Part shown: positions 9,264 through 17,664 of the stretch, in pieces
Numbering within the stretch: the first letter of the stretch is position 1
Layout of the letters: the number at the start of each line of letters is the position of its first letter
Virus record (IMG/VR): IMGVR_UViG_3300023180_000036
Coordinates: 1-64,000 of that record
Strand: one strand, 5' to 3'
Source: a virus
Length of the DNA: 64,000 bases
Notes under the pieces: generated by a model
Databases searched by the model: none
What the model was told of the DNA's origin: nothing
The model's input: only the letters and a program-made list of their open reading frames with translations
Translations under genes and position numbers: made by a program

Positions 9264-10234
9264 TTCGTGTCGGTATAAATGGCTTCGGAAGAATTGGTAG
9301 ATGTCTTGCTAGACATATAATGCAAGACAGAGACGATATGGAACTTGTACAAATAAATGCAAGTGGTGATCCAGAACAAAATATTCATCTTTTAAAATAC
9401 GATAGTGTTCACGGTAGATATACGCCAAAGGATGATCTTACATATAAAATAAACTGGAGCCATTCACGAGACAATAAGTTTTTAAGCTGGGATAGTGTTG
9501 ATTTAGTATTTGAATGTACAGGAGCATATAATGATGGTGATAGTGCAATTCACCATATTAAATATGGTAAAGCAAAGAAAGTTTTAATTAGTGCTCCAGC
9601 TAAAAATGTAGATAGAACGGTTGTATATGGAGTTAATCATAAAGAATTAACAAAGGATGATAATATAGTTAGTAATGCAAGTTGTACAACCAATTGTCTT
9701 GCTCCATTAGTAAAAGTTCTGGATAAATCTTTTGGTATTGTAAGAGGTCAAATGACCACAGTTCATAGTTATACTGGTGATCAAGGAACAATAGATAAAC
9801 GTCATAGAGATTTATACAGAGCAAGAGCAGCCGGATCTAATATGATACCTACTAGTACAGGAGCGGCAAAAGCATTAGAACACGTTTATCCAAAATTAAA
9901 AAATAAAATAAAAGGTAGTGCAATTCGTGTACCTACAATTAATGTAAGTTGTATAGATTTAACTGTCCAGTTAAAAGAAGATGTTAATGAAGATTTAGTG
10001 AATAATACAGTTTTAAATGCTAGTAAACATAATATGAAAGGTATTATAGGATATGAAACACAACCTTTAGTAAGTAGTGACTATAATACAACAAAAGAAA
10101 GTTGTATTTTTGCCCCAGATCAAACAAGAATAGTGGATAATAAATTAGTTAGAGTTCTTGCATGGTATGATAACGAATGGTCATTTAGCTGTAGAATGGC
10201 AGATGTTGCTAGATATATGGGAGATTTAAGATGA
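9260..10234 (+). CDS. gap: Glyceraldehyde-3-phosphate dehydrogenase (type I)
   Basis: GINGFGRIGR, catalytic SNASCTTNCLAP, IPTSTGAAKA and WYDNEW. Confidence 0.95.
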   Translation: MIRVGINGFGRIGRCLARHIMQDRDDMELVQINASGDPEQNIHLLKYDSVHGRYTPKDDLTYKINWSHSRDNKFLSWDSVDLVFECTGAYNDGDSAIHHIKYGKAKKVLISAPAKNVDRTVVYGVNHKELTKDDNIVSNASCTTNCLAPLVKVLDKSFGIVRGQMTTVHSYTGDQGTIDKRHRDLYRARAAGSNMIPTSTGAAKALEHVYPKLKNKIKGSAIRVPTINVSCIDLTVQLKEDVNEDLVNNTVLNASKHNMKGIIGYETQPLVSSDYNTTKESCIFAPDQTRIVDNKLVRVLAWYDNEWSFSCRMADVARYMGDLR

Positions 10235-11043
10235 AATTTATTGCAGCAATGGATCATAGCGGAGGTTCTACTGGTGGTGTTCTTGAAAGATATGGACAAG
10301 AATATACAGAAGAAAATAAAATGGATCTTATTCATGCCATGAGATTAAGAATGTATAATTCTCCCCATTTTAATTCAGATAATATTTGGGCTGCCATTCT
10401 TTATAAAGATACCGTTGAAAGAGGAATGGTTCCACTTTTATCAAAAAAAGGTATTTTTGCATTTCTTAAAATAGATTCGGGTTGTGCCGAAGATGGTATG
10501 ATGGAAGATTTTAATATAGTTGAAATGTTGGATCTTGCTTTATATAATGATTGTATTGGAACTAAAATGAGAAGCATAGTAAAAACCGATACCATCATGA
10601 AACCAATTGTAAGACAACAGATTACTATAGCTAATATTATTATAGAAAGAGGATTATTACCAATTATTGAACCAGAAGTTCCCATTGATCATCCAGATAA
10701 AGACGATATTGAAAAAGACATGCACAATTATCTTTCTGAAAAATTAAATGAATTAAACGGACAATGTATTCTAAAATTAACTATCCCGACAACCAGAAAT
10801 CTTTATTATGATTTTACCTATCATCCAAAAGTTTATAAAGTAGTAGGTTTAAGCGGAGGATATAGTACTCAAGAAGCTTGTGATAAATTAGCACTAAATA
10901 CAAATATGACGGCAAGTTTTAGTAGAGCATTAAGTGAAAAATTGTATGCAGATCAATTAGATAGTCAATTTAATGCACAAATGAAAGATAACATTCGAAT
11001 GATAAAAAGAGCATCACAAAGCAATACTATATTGAAAAACTAA
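10231..11043 (+). CDS. Fructose-bisphosphate aldolase, bacterial class I
   Basis: FIAAMDHSGGST, FLKIDSG, GTKMRS, PIIEPEV, LSGGYS and ASFSRAL. Confidence 0.9.
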   Translation: MKFIAAMDHSGGSTGGVLERYGQEYTEENKMDLIHAMRLRMYNSPHFNSDNIWAAILYKDTVERGMVPLLSKKGIFAFLKIDSGCAEDGMMEDFNIVEMLDLALYNDCIGTKMRSIVKTDTIMKPIVRQQITIANIIIERGLLPIIEPEVPIDHPDKDDIEKDMHNYLSEKLNELNGQCILKLTIPTTRNLYYDFTYHPKVYKVVGLSGGYSTQEACDKLALNTNMTASFSRALSEKLYADQLDSQFNAQMKDNIRMIKRASQSNTILKN

Positions 11044-11059
11044 GTAATTAGGAGATATT

Positions 11060-11269
11060 ATGAAACAAGATGAAGGCTTAAATTTAGATGTAACTGGTAA
11101 TGAACAGTATAGGAGAGAACTTATTGCTATTCAACAAGAAAATGAAATACTTAAAAAAAATATCAATGATTTACAGGGACAGCTACAATCCGCTTATTAC
11201 CGAATAAAAGTGTTAATAAGTGATTTAGAAAATATGAAAAGAATAGTAGACTTTAACGGAGTTGAATAA
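11060..11269 (+). CDS. Coiled-coil hypothetical protein
   Basis: ORF with AGGAG RBS and heptad pattern. Confidence 0.6.
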   Translation: MKQDEGLNLDVTGNEQYRRELIAIQQENEILKKNINDLQGQLQSAYYRIKVLISDLENMKRIVDFNGVE

Positions 11270-11934
11270 TGAAAGCCTTTGTTATTTGTATTGACGAAAT
11301 AGAACAATCTGTGCAAGCAGCAGAAAGATGCATAAAATCTGGTGCTAGAAACGGTGTTCTTGTAGAAAAGTTTAAGGCTATTACTCCAGATAATGATTAT
11401 AAAAAAATACTTGAAGAAGATGGGATACCAGTTGATAAATTTGTTGAAGACAGTAACAAATATTCCAGATATGATAGAGTTATTTGTGCATTTTTATCTC
11501 ATTATTCATTATGGAAAGAATGTGCAAAACAAAGTAATAATTTTCTAATTTTAGAACACGATGCTTATTTTAATAATGTAATTACAGTAAATGCTAAGTA
11601 TCATACTGACGATGTGATTTCAGTTGGTGAACCATCTTATGGAAAATTTAATACTCCCAATTTCCTTGGTATAGGTCCTTTAACATCTAAAAGATATTTC
11701 CCGGGTGCTCACGCATATATTATATCACCAAAAGGTGCCAAGAAAGCAATTGAAAAAGCAAAAACTGATGCAGGACCTACTGATGTATTTTTTGGATATC
11801 ATAATTTTGATAATTTACAGGAAAGTTATCCTTGGCCTATATCAGTCAAAGAAAGTTTTAGCACTATTCAGAGAACACCAGGCTGTTTAGCTAAACACGC
11901 ATATAATGATGGAGTTGGTTATGGCATTATATAA
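11269..11934 (+). CDS. GT25-family glycosyltransferase, paralog of 8424-9122
   Basis: AFLSHYSLW, ILEHDA and GAHAYIISPKGA. Confidence 0.8.
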   Translation: MKAFVICIDEIEQSVQAAERCIKSGARNGVLVEKFKAITPDNDYKKILEEDGIPVDKFVEDSNKYSRYDRVICAFLSHYSLWKECAKQSNNFLILEHDAYFNNVITVNAKYHTDDVISVGEPSYGKFNTPNFLGIGPLTSKRYFPGAHAYIISPKGAKKAIEKAKTDAGPTDVFFGYHNFDNLQESYPWPISVKESFSTIQRTPGCLAKHAYNDGVGYGII

Positions 11935-12589
11935 TAAAGCCTTTGTAACAGGATGTGATGAAAGTCACGAATGGATGGTAGAATGGTTCCTTGATAATTT
12001 TAAAAAGCATAATAAATTACCCATAATCTTTGCAGATTTTGGTGTAAGTAAAAAATTTTTAAAATATGCAAAGAAAAACTTCGATTCAGTTATTGATATG
12101 ACAAAGATTAAAGATAAAGGTTGGTTTAAAAAACCTAAATCTATGATCGAAGCATCTAAACTTTCTTCGAGTATTTGTTGGATTGATACGGATATTGAAA
12201 TTTTAAAATCTATAGATGATGTTTTTATTTATGTTGAACCAAATAGACTTGCAATGGTAGAAGATAAACCCTGGACTAAAAGAAGGCGTGATTCAAGAGG
12301 ATTACAATACTATAATTCTGGAATAGTTGCATTTAAGGATTCTCCTGTTATATTACATCAATGGGCTAAAAAAGTAGAAAATTTTCCCCAACAAGGAGAT
12401 CAAGAAGTTTTGCATAGTATGATGGAATCTCCACTTAGTCAAAGAATATATATTTCAGATATACCAAATGAATATAATTGGTTAAGACTTCAATTAGAAC
12501 ATGACGGTCAAGATAGCAATAAAAAGAAAACTATTCATTGGACTGGCCCAAAAGGAAAAGAAAAAATAAAGAAAATGATGGGAATATAA
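11906..12589 (+). CDS. Putative GT8-like glycosyltransferase
   Basis: WIDTD, YNSGIV, GDQEVL, EYNW and IHWTG. Confidence 0.7.
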   Translation: MMELVMALYNKAFVTGCDESHEWMVEWFLDNFKKHNKLPIIFADFGVSKKFLKYAKKNFDSVIDMTKIKDKGWFKKPKSMIEASKLSSSICWIDTDIEILKSIDDVFIYVEPNRLAMVEDKPWTKRRRDSRGLQYYNSGIVAFKDSPVILHQWAKKVENFPQQGDQEVLHSMMESPLSQRIYISDIPNEYNWLRLQLEHDGQDSNKKKTIHWTGPKGKEKIKKMMGI

Positions 12590-13234
12590 ATGATTATACC
12601 AAGACCACCAAAACACACACTAGATGTGCCTGGATTTAATAATCAGATTCATTTAGAAAGTCTTGAAAAATTTACTAAAATTATTCCAGAAAATTCTAAA
12701 GTTCTTGAGATAGGTTGTGCTTTTGGTTGTAGTACTTGGGCTTTAATGAATGCATTGCCGAAAGGATGTAAATTACACGTATGTGATACTTTTGGAATGG
12801 ATAATCCGATGTTAAAACAACAACATTATAACGGTATTATGACTAAACATTCTCACAATCCGGCGGTAGTATATGCTCTAAGTTTATATATGGAAAAAAA
12901 TCATAGAGAAGTATTTGAATATTGTGTATCTCAACATCCTAGATACTTTGAGTTGCATAAAAAAACTCATGCCAAAAAGAGTCTTGAAGTTTTAGAAAAT
13001 GATAATAAATGGGATATGGTTTATATTGATGGACACCATGCTTATTCTACAGTTAAAAAGGAATTGAGTTATTTAAATGGAACTAAATATTTATGTGGAG
13101 ATGATTATCATCCAGTACACGAAGGTACTATGAAAGCAATAGATGAGTTTTTAGTGGATAATGAATATAATTTTGAACACGATGACTTTGAAACAGGATC
13201 TGGATTTTGGAAAATGGAATTAAAAAATGGGTGA
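12590..13234 (+). CDS. Class I SAM methyltransferase (Methyltransf_24-like)
   Basis: VLEIGCAFGCST, YIDGHHAY and GDDY. Confidence 0.85.
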   Translation: MIIPRPPKHTLDVPGFNNQIHLESLEKFTKIIPENSKVLEIGCAFGCSTWALMNALPKGCKLHVCDTFGMDNPMLKQQHYNGIMTKHSHNPAVVYALSLYMEKNHREVFEYCVSQHPRYFELHKKTHAKKSLEVLENDNKWDMVYIDGHHAYSTVKKELSYLNGTKYLCGDDYHPVHEGTMKAIDEFLVDNEYNFEHDDFETGSGFWKMELKNG

Positions 13235-13901
13235 TGTAGCACATATTATTGGAAACGGAAAAAGTTCTGGATTTTATAAGCACGATAAAGGTTTAAAAAT
13301 AGCTTGTAATCTACCACCTTTTGAGGTTCAAAATCTTTATACTACCGTAATGGTTGATTTTAAAATGATGAATGCAATACATAAAAATCATATTACTGTT
13401 CCAGGTGATTGGGTTTTAGGTGCAAGACCGCATAAATGGATGGAAATGAAAAATGACTTTTATGTGAAATACTCAAAACAAATTAAAGAATTTTATCTTG
13501 TCTTACCTAAATATGCTGCTAATTATACAGACTTTAATTGTGGACATATGGCAACTCATTGGGTAGCAAATAAACTAAAGAGAAAAGAAATTCATATGTA
13601 TGGATTTGATTCAATCTTTGAGTTTGATACAACAAGTATGTCAGATACTTTTATGGAATCAGTAAGAGACAATCTTAATACACAAAGATTAACGTCTAAA
13701 TGGAGACCTATTTGGCATGGTATTTTTAATGAATTTAAAAATACACAGTTTGTTATATATCATGATGTAGGTAATGCACAAATTCCTCTTCCGAAAAATG
13801 TTGAAGTAAGAGACAACAATAAGGGAGTTAGAGCAGTACGAAAAAGAAATAAAGAATATAAGCCCGAACCATTTGATAAAACTAAACTTTCTAGTGCATA
13901 A
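13227..13901 (+). CDS. Hypothetical protein, possibly sialyltransferase/MAF-like fold
   Basis: HIIGNGKS N-terminus and IHMYGFD. Confidence 0.45.
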   Translation: MGDVAHIIGNGKSSGFYKHDKGLKIACNLPPFEVQNLYTTVMVDFKMMNAIHKNHITVPGDWVLGARPHKWMEMKNDFYVKYSKQIKEFYLVLPKYAANYTDFNCGHMATHWVANKLKRKEIHMYGFDSIFEFDTTSMSDTFMESVRDNLNTQRLTSKWRPIWHGIFNEFKNTQFVIYHDVGNAQIPLPKNVEVRDNNKGVRAVRKRNKEYKPEPFDKTKLSSA

Positions 13902-13906
13902 GAGGG

Positions 13907-13935
13907 TTTACATCTTCTAAAAAATAGTATATTAT
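13907..13935 (+). promoter_or_regulatory. Early promoter
   Basis: GGGTTTACA-17 nt-TATTAT. Confidence 0.7.
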
Positions 13936-13953
13936 ACTTTATAGAGGTGGCAA

Positions 13954-14361
13954 ATGTATTACTATATCGACAACCGACCAAAAAATATTTCATTTAAATT
14001 TTTAGATGAGGTATTAGACTTTGCTCAATATTATTTGGGTTTAAATTCAGATTATATAATAAAAATAGTGTTTTTAGGTGATCTTGGAGATACGGTGTGG
14101 GGGTACTGCAACGGTCTTGAAGATGAAGATTATGTGATAGAAGTGAGTTCCAAGTTAAGTAGTGGAGATATAGTAGAAACCATATTTCACGAATTAGTGC
14201 ATGTAAAACAAATTATAGATGGTAGATTAGATGATGATGGAAGAACATGGAAAGGTAAAACTTACGATACAGTAAAAACACCATATAAAGAACTGCCTTG
14301 GGAAATAGAAGCATTTGAACTTCAAAAACTTATGGCAAATGAATTTTTTTCTGCCAAATAA
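13954..14361 (+). CDS. Zincin-like metallopeptidase
   Basis: FHELVH HExxH motif and PWEIEA. Confidence 0.7.
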   Translation: MYYYIDNRPKNISFKFLDEVLDFAQYYLGLNSDYIIKIVFLGDLGDTVWGYCNGLEDEDYVIEVSSKLSSGDIVETIFHELVHVKQIIDGRLDDDGRTWKGKTYDTVKTPYKELPWEIEAFELQKLMANEFFSAK

Positions 14362-14372
14362 CATTTTAGGGG

Positions 14373-14401
14373 TTTACAAACTGGTTAAAATATACTATAT
14401 T
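14373..14401 (+). promoter_or_regulatory. Early promoter
   Basis: ATTTTAGGGGTTTACA-17 nt-TATATT. Confidence 0.7.
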
Positions 14402-14433
14402 AATAGTATAAAGAGAATCGGAAGGAAGAAAAA

Positions 14434-14673
14434 ATGATTGACTTTATCTCAGCAAGCGAAGGTAAAATCCAACTTTGGGAAGATGATATGATTGTAGCAG
14501 AAGCATGCACTGCTAAGTCAATTGCTTACTTTCTTCAAGAACACGGCTTTGATGGAAATGTTTATGCTTCATCTTCAATGGACTTTGCTTCAGAAGAAGG
14601 TTTCGAAACCGACCAATGTGCAAATGATCTTTGGGAAAAATCTGTAAATCTTTACTATGCTGTTCAACACTAA
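14434..14673 (+). CDS. Small acidic early hypothetical protein
   Basis: ORF with strong RBS after an early promoter. Confidence 0.65.
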   Translation: MIDFISASEGKIQLWEDDMIVAEACTAKSIAYFLQEHGFDGNVYASSSMDFASEEGFETDQCANDLWEKSVNLYYAVQH

Positions 14674-14690
14674 AAACGGAAAAAATATAA

Positions 14691-14864
14691 ATGAATAAAC
14701 ATGAAGCAGAATTTATTGCAGAACAGCAACGGCGGATTAATCCTAGTCCAGTAATTAGTAGTCTTGAAGAAATGATTGAAGATGATTATAAAGCTTGGAT
14801 TAAAAGCGGTAGAAGTCCGGTGTTTAACGAATTTCTAAAATCAAAATTTAGAATGGAAAGCTAA
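14691..14864 (+). CDS. 57-aa hypothetical protein
   Basis: ORF MNKHEAEF...RMES* filling the intergenic gap. Confidence 0.5.
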   Translation: MNKHEAEFIAEQQRRINPSPVISSLEEMIEDDYKAWIKSGRSPVFNEFLKSKFRMES

Positions 14865-14869
14865 AATTA

Positions 14870-15091
14870 ATGCTTCAAGACGAGGTATATCACGCTCAAG
14901 TGGCACTTGATATTTTAGAATTTGATTATCACCGACCATTTATAAATGGTAAATGTAATAGGGAAAATATCGAAAATAAAATTGTAGAAGGCATTCTTAA
15001 GAAAGAACTTGAACCCATGAATGATAAAGATGTAAATATCATTTGTGATTTAATTGACATTTTAATTTTTGAACTAGGAGTTAAAGATTAA
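14870..15091 (+). CDS. Hypothetical protein
   Basis: ORF in a co-oriented run. Confidence 0.55.
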   Translation: MLQDEVYHAQVALDILEFDYHRPFINGKCNRENIENKIVEGILKKELEPMNDKDVNIICDLIDILIFELGVKD

Positions 15092-15097
15092 TAAATG

Positions 15098-15174
15098 GGT
15101 TACGTAGCTCAACTGGATAGAGCAACTGACTTCTAATCAGTAGGTTGAGGGTTCGAGTCCTTCCGTGACCGCCA
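15098..15174 (+). tRNA. tRNA-Arg(UCU)
   Basis: Cloverleaf, loop CTTCTAA, GTTCGAG T-loop, encoded CCA. Confidence 0.95.
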
Positions 15175-15178
15175 AAAA

Positions 15179-15255
15179 CGGAGTATAGCACAGCCTGGTA
15201 GTGCGCTTGGTTTGGGACCAAGAGGTCCAAGGTTCGAATCCTTGTACTCCGACCA
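15179..15255 (+). tRNA. tRNA-Pro(UGG)
   Basis: CGGAGTA/TACTCCG acceptor stem, loop TTTGGGA, CCA. Confidence 0.95.
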
Positions 15256-15265
15256 ATACACACTA

Positions 15266-15361
15266 ATAAATTTTGATATACACATGAGAGTAGATGCACC
15301 TGCTTTCCAGTGCATAGGACAAGGACCGAAAGTCACAAGTCATGTGTATATCAAAATTTAT
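15266..15361. ncRNA. Putative structured ncRNA between tRNAs
   Basis: Perfect 22-bp inverted repeat enclosing a GC-richer 52-nt core with two small hairpins. Confidence 0.55.
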
Positions 15362-15369
15362 ATAACAAT

Positions 15370-15444
15370 TCCGGCGTAGCTCAGCGGTAGAGCAGTTGAC
15401 TGTTAATCAATTGGTCGTAGGTTCGATCCCTACCGCCGGAGCCA
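15370..15444 (+). tRNA. tRNA-Asn(GUU)
   Basis: TCCGGCG/CGCCGGA acceptor stem, loop CTGTTAA, CCA. Confidence 0.95.
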
Positions 15445-15458
15445 TAATAGAGGATAAA

Positions 15459-15620
15459 ATGTGGGTTTTATTAGTAATAAGTTATATTTCTGAATATAAT
15501 GATTATAAAGTAACTGAATTTAACAGATATGCAAATCAGAATCAATGTATAATTAATCAAACAGTATTAGAATCAACCTTTAAAGATAATGAAAAAGCAG
15601 TTTGTATAAAGGGTCTGTAG
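15459..15620 (+). CDS. 53-aa hypothetical protein between tRNAs
   Basis: GAGGA RBS, MWVLLV...; the stop lies inside the 5' end of the next tRNA. Confidence 0.5.
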   Translation: MWVLLVISYISEYNDYKVTEFNRYANQNQCIINQTVLESTFKDNEKAVCIKGL

Positions 15621-15686
15621 CATAGCGGTTAATGCTCCCCGCTCATAACGGGTAGATCGTAGGTTCGAATCCTACCAGACCCACCA
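15611..15686 (+). tRNA. tRNA-CAU, probably Ile2 (lysidine) rather than Met
   Basis: GGGTCTG/CAGACCC acceptor stem; CCGCTCATAACGG anticodon arm resembles proteobacterial Ile2; CCA. Confidence 0.9.
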
Positions 15687-15712
15687 ATTAAAAGGTATAA
15701 ATAGTTTAAGAG

Positions 15713-16051
15713 ATGAAAAAAATATCGGTTACGGAAAAAATGGCTACAATACCAAATACAGGAATGCCTTTTGATGTGCATCAAGTTATGCAAGCTTCTA
15801 TGTACAGACCACCTATTGATCAATATCCAAATTCAGAAAATATAAAACCCCCGATAAAAAAAGAACCTATTCGTGTCATAGAACAAATGGATCGTTCTTC
15901 AGTTAAATATGATAGTACAGAAGATTTCTATGCAAAACTAGAAGTAATTAAACAACAAATGAAAAATGCAGAATTTATTAAATATAAAAGAGATGCATCT
16001 GTAGTTAATACAAAGATGGATCAAGGAAAAATAGTAAATATTGTAGCTTAA
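15713..16051 (+). CDS. Hypothetical protein, late promoter TATAAATA at 15696
   Basis: ORF preceded by a T4 late promoter. Confidence 0.6.
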   Translation: MKKISVTEKMATIPNTGMPFDVHQVMQASMYRPPIDQYPNSENIKPPIKKEPIRVIEQMDRSSVKYDSTEDFYAKLEVIKQQMKNAEFIKYKRDASVVNTKMDQGKIVNIVA

Positions 16052-16819
16052 TTACTTATGATACCAATCCAAATCTGGGGCTATAATATCTACAGATTTA
16101 CCTTTAATTGGAGCAAGATTCATTGGAGATTTTTTTACACTCTTTATTGACATCTCAAAGGTAAACTGATAATTACCACCACCTTTAGCTTGTACTCTTG
16201 CTCTATATCCTAGAGTTGCAGCTTGACTAAATCTAGGGACACCTTTAAACTTTAGGGGGTTGGATGGACCGAGTAAATAAAATCCTGTAGTTCCTACATT
16301 TATATAATATGTTTTTTTCTTATTATAATATAACTCAATATTAGATGCAGGTATTTCAGCTTTAACTTCTTCAAATCTTTTTAATTCTTTTGCATAGATA
16401 GCACGTTTATCAAGACCTTCAATTTCAGCTTTTAATTCTGGAGAAGTGGAAAATTTATAAGGTTTGTTTTTCCACTTATCATTTATTGCATCCAATACAC
16501 CATATGTCATAGCTAAATTACGAATAAATATCTTTTCTTCTTCTGTAGGTTTTGGTTCATCAAAATACCATTTTCCATTGGCATATTTAATAACTAAAGA
16601 TCCTCCGGAAGCACCTGGAGAAATTTTTAATTCACAGCCAGACTGTTTACCTGCTCTTTGAATCATAAGATCTGGAATATCGGAACCTGCTCCGGCAGGA
16701 GTAAAATCTTTTGGAACTATACCCATAGGTTTTAAAACTTTTACTGCGTTTACTTCATATTGAAAACCTTGTTGTGCAGTACTAACCATTTCTGTAATGT
16801 ATCCTCTAAAAGTTTGCAT
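16052..16819 (-). CDS. Putative PD-(D/E)xK nuclease with a T4 capsid-targeting-like N-terminus
   Basis: GFQYE...PDLM...CELK motif; N-terminus MQTFRGYITE; minus-strand TATAAATA at 16852-16859. Confidence 0.6.
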   Translation of the reverse strand: MQTFRGYITEMVSTAQQGFQYEVNAVKVLKPMGIVPKDFTPAGAGSDIPDLMIQRAGKQSGCELKISPGASGGSLVIKYANGKWYFDEPKPTEEEKIFIRNLAMTYGVLDAINDKWKNKPYKFSTSPELKAEIEGLDKRAIYAKELKRFEEVKAEIPASNIELYYNKKKTYYINVGTTGFYLLGPSNPLKFKGVPRFSQAATLGYRARVQAKGGGNYQFTFEMSIKSVKKSPMNLAPIKGKSVDIIAPDLDWYHK

Positions 16820-16851
16820 AAATATATTCCTATAGAATTAATCCTTTATTC

Positions 16852-16878
16852 TATTTATATTTTTTATTTTTATAAATA
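16852..16878. promoter_or_regulatory. Divergent pair of T4 late promoters
   Basis: TATAAATA on minus (16852-16859) and plus (16871-16878). Confidence 0.75.
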
Positions 16879-16905
16879 TAATATGAAGGAATATAGGAGC
16901 TAAAA

Positions 16906-17664
16906 ATGTTATCCAGTTTATCGTTTGAAAAAAAGAGTTTACTTTTTGGTCAATTAGCAAGTATAGCATATATGCCGCTTAAAGAAGCAAAGATTGAAGC
17001 AAAAAAATTGGGATTTAATAATACTACTTTTTATGATAAAGATGGTGCTCAAGCATATAGATTTATGAATAAAAATGATATTGTTATTGCATGTAGAGGT
17101 ACTGAACCAACTCAATGGAATGATATTAAAGCAGACTTAAAAGCCATACCAGTTATGGCGGAAACAGTAAGTAGAGTACATAAAGGATTTAAACAAGAAG
17201 TAGATGATTTGTGGCCAATGGTAAAACCAGAGTTAGAAACAAAAACAAATTTAACAAAAAATCTTTGGTTTTGTGGACATAGTTTAGGTGCAGCAATGAC
17301 TACTATTATGGCAAGTAGAGCATTTCATGATGATAATCTTACAGATCCGACTGAAGTATATACATATGGTTCTCCAAGAGTAGGTTGGAAAAAATATGTT
17401 AAAAGTTTAGGAATGACTCATCATAGATTTGTAAATAATAATGATATTGTCACTAGAGTTCCTTTGTGGATTATGGGATATAGACATCACGGTACTATGC
17501 ACTATTTTAATAGACATGGAGATTATAGTAAAGCCACCGGTTGGAATAAAGTAAAAGATAGATTAATGGGTATGTGGATAGGTTTAAAAAAAGGTAAAAT
17601 AGATAACATTGGTGATCATCCAATGGGATCTTATATTCCATGTTTAGAAAAAATGCAACAATAG
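16906..17664 (+). CDS. Lipase class 3
   Basis: IACRGT, VHKGF, CGHSLG nucleophile, YGSPRVG, NDIVTRVP and C-terminal H. Confidence 0.9.
   Translation: MLSSLSFEKKSLLFGQLASIAYMPLKEAKIEAKKLGFNNTTFYDKDGAQAYRFMNKNDIVIACRGTEPTQWNDIKADLKAIPVMAETVSRVHKGFKQEVDDLWPMVKPELETKTNLTKNLWFCGHSLGAAMTTIMASRAFHDDNLTDPTEVYTYGSPRVGWKKYVKSLGMTHHRFVNNNDIVTRVPLWIMGYRHHGTMHYFNRHGDYSKATGWNKVKDRLMGMWIGLKKGKIDNIGDHPMGSYIPCLEKMQQ

Noticed and set aside
262-13901. Island as host contamination or a prophage flank
   Set aside because: It follows a phage virion gene, uses the same phage early promoter and shared 38-bp element, and has the same AT-rich compact style.
15266-15361. Inverted repeat as retron ncRNA, hammerhead/HDV-like ribozyme or IS end
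   Set aside because: No reverse transcriptase or transposase in the window and no CUGAnGA core or recognisable nested pseudoknot; kept as an unknown ncRNA.
15081-15823. ORFs 15081-15299, 15133-15336, 15629-15823 and the 5' extension of 15396-15620
   Set aside because: They are shadow translations of tRNA genes.
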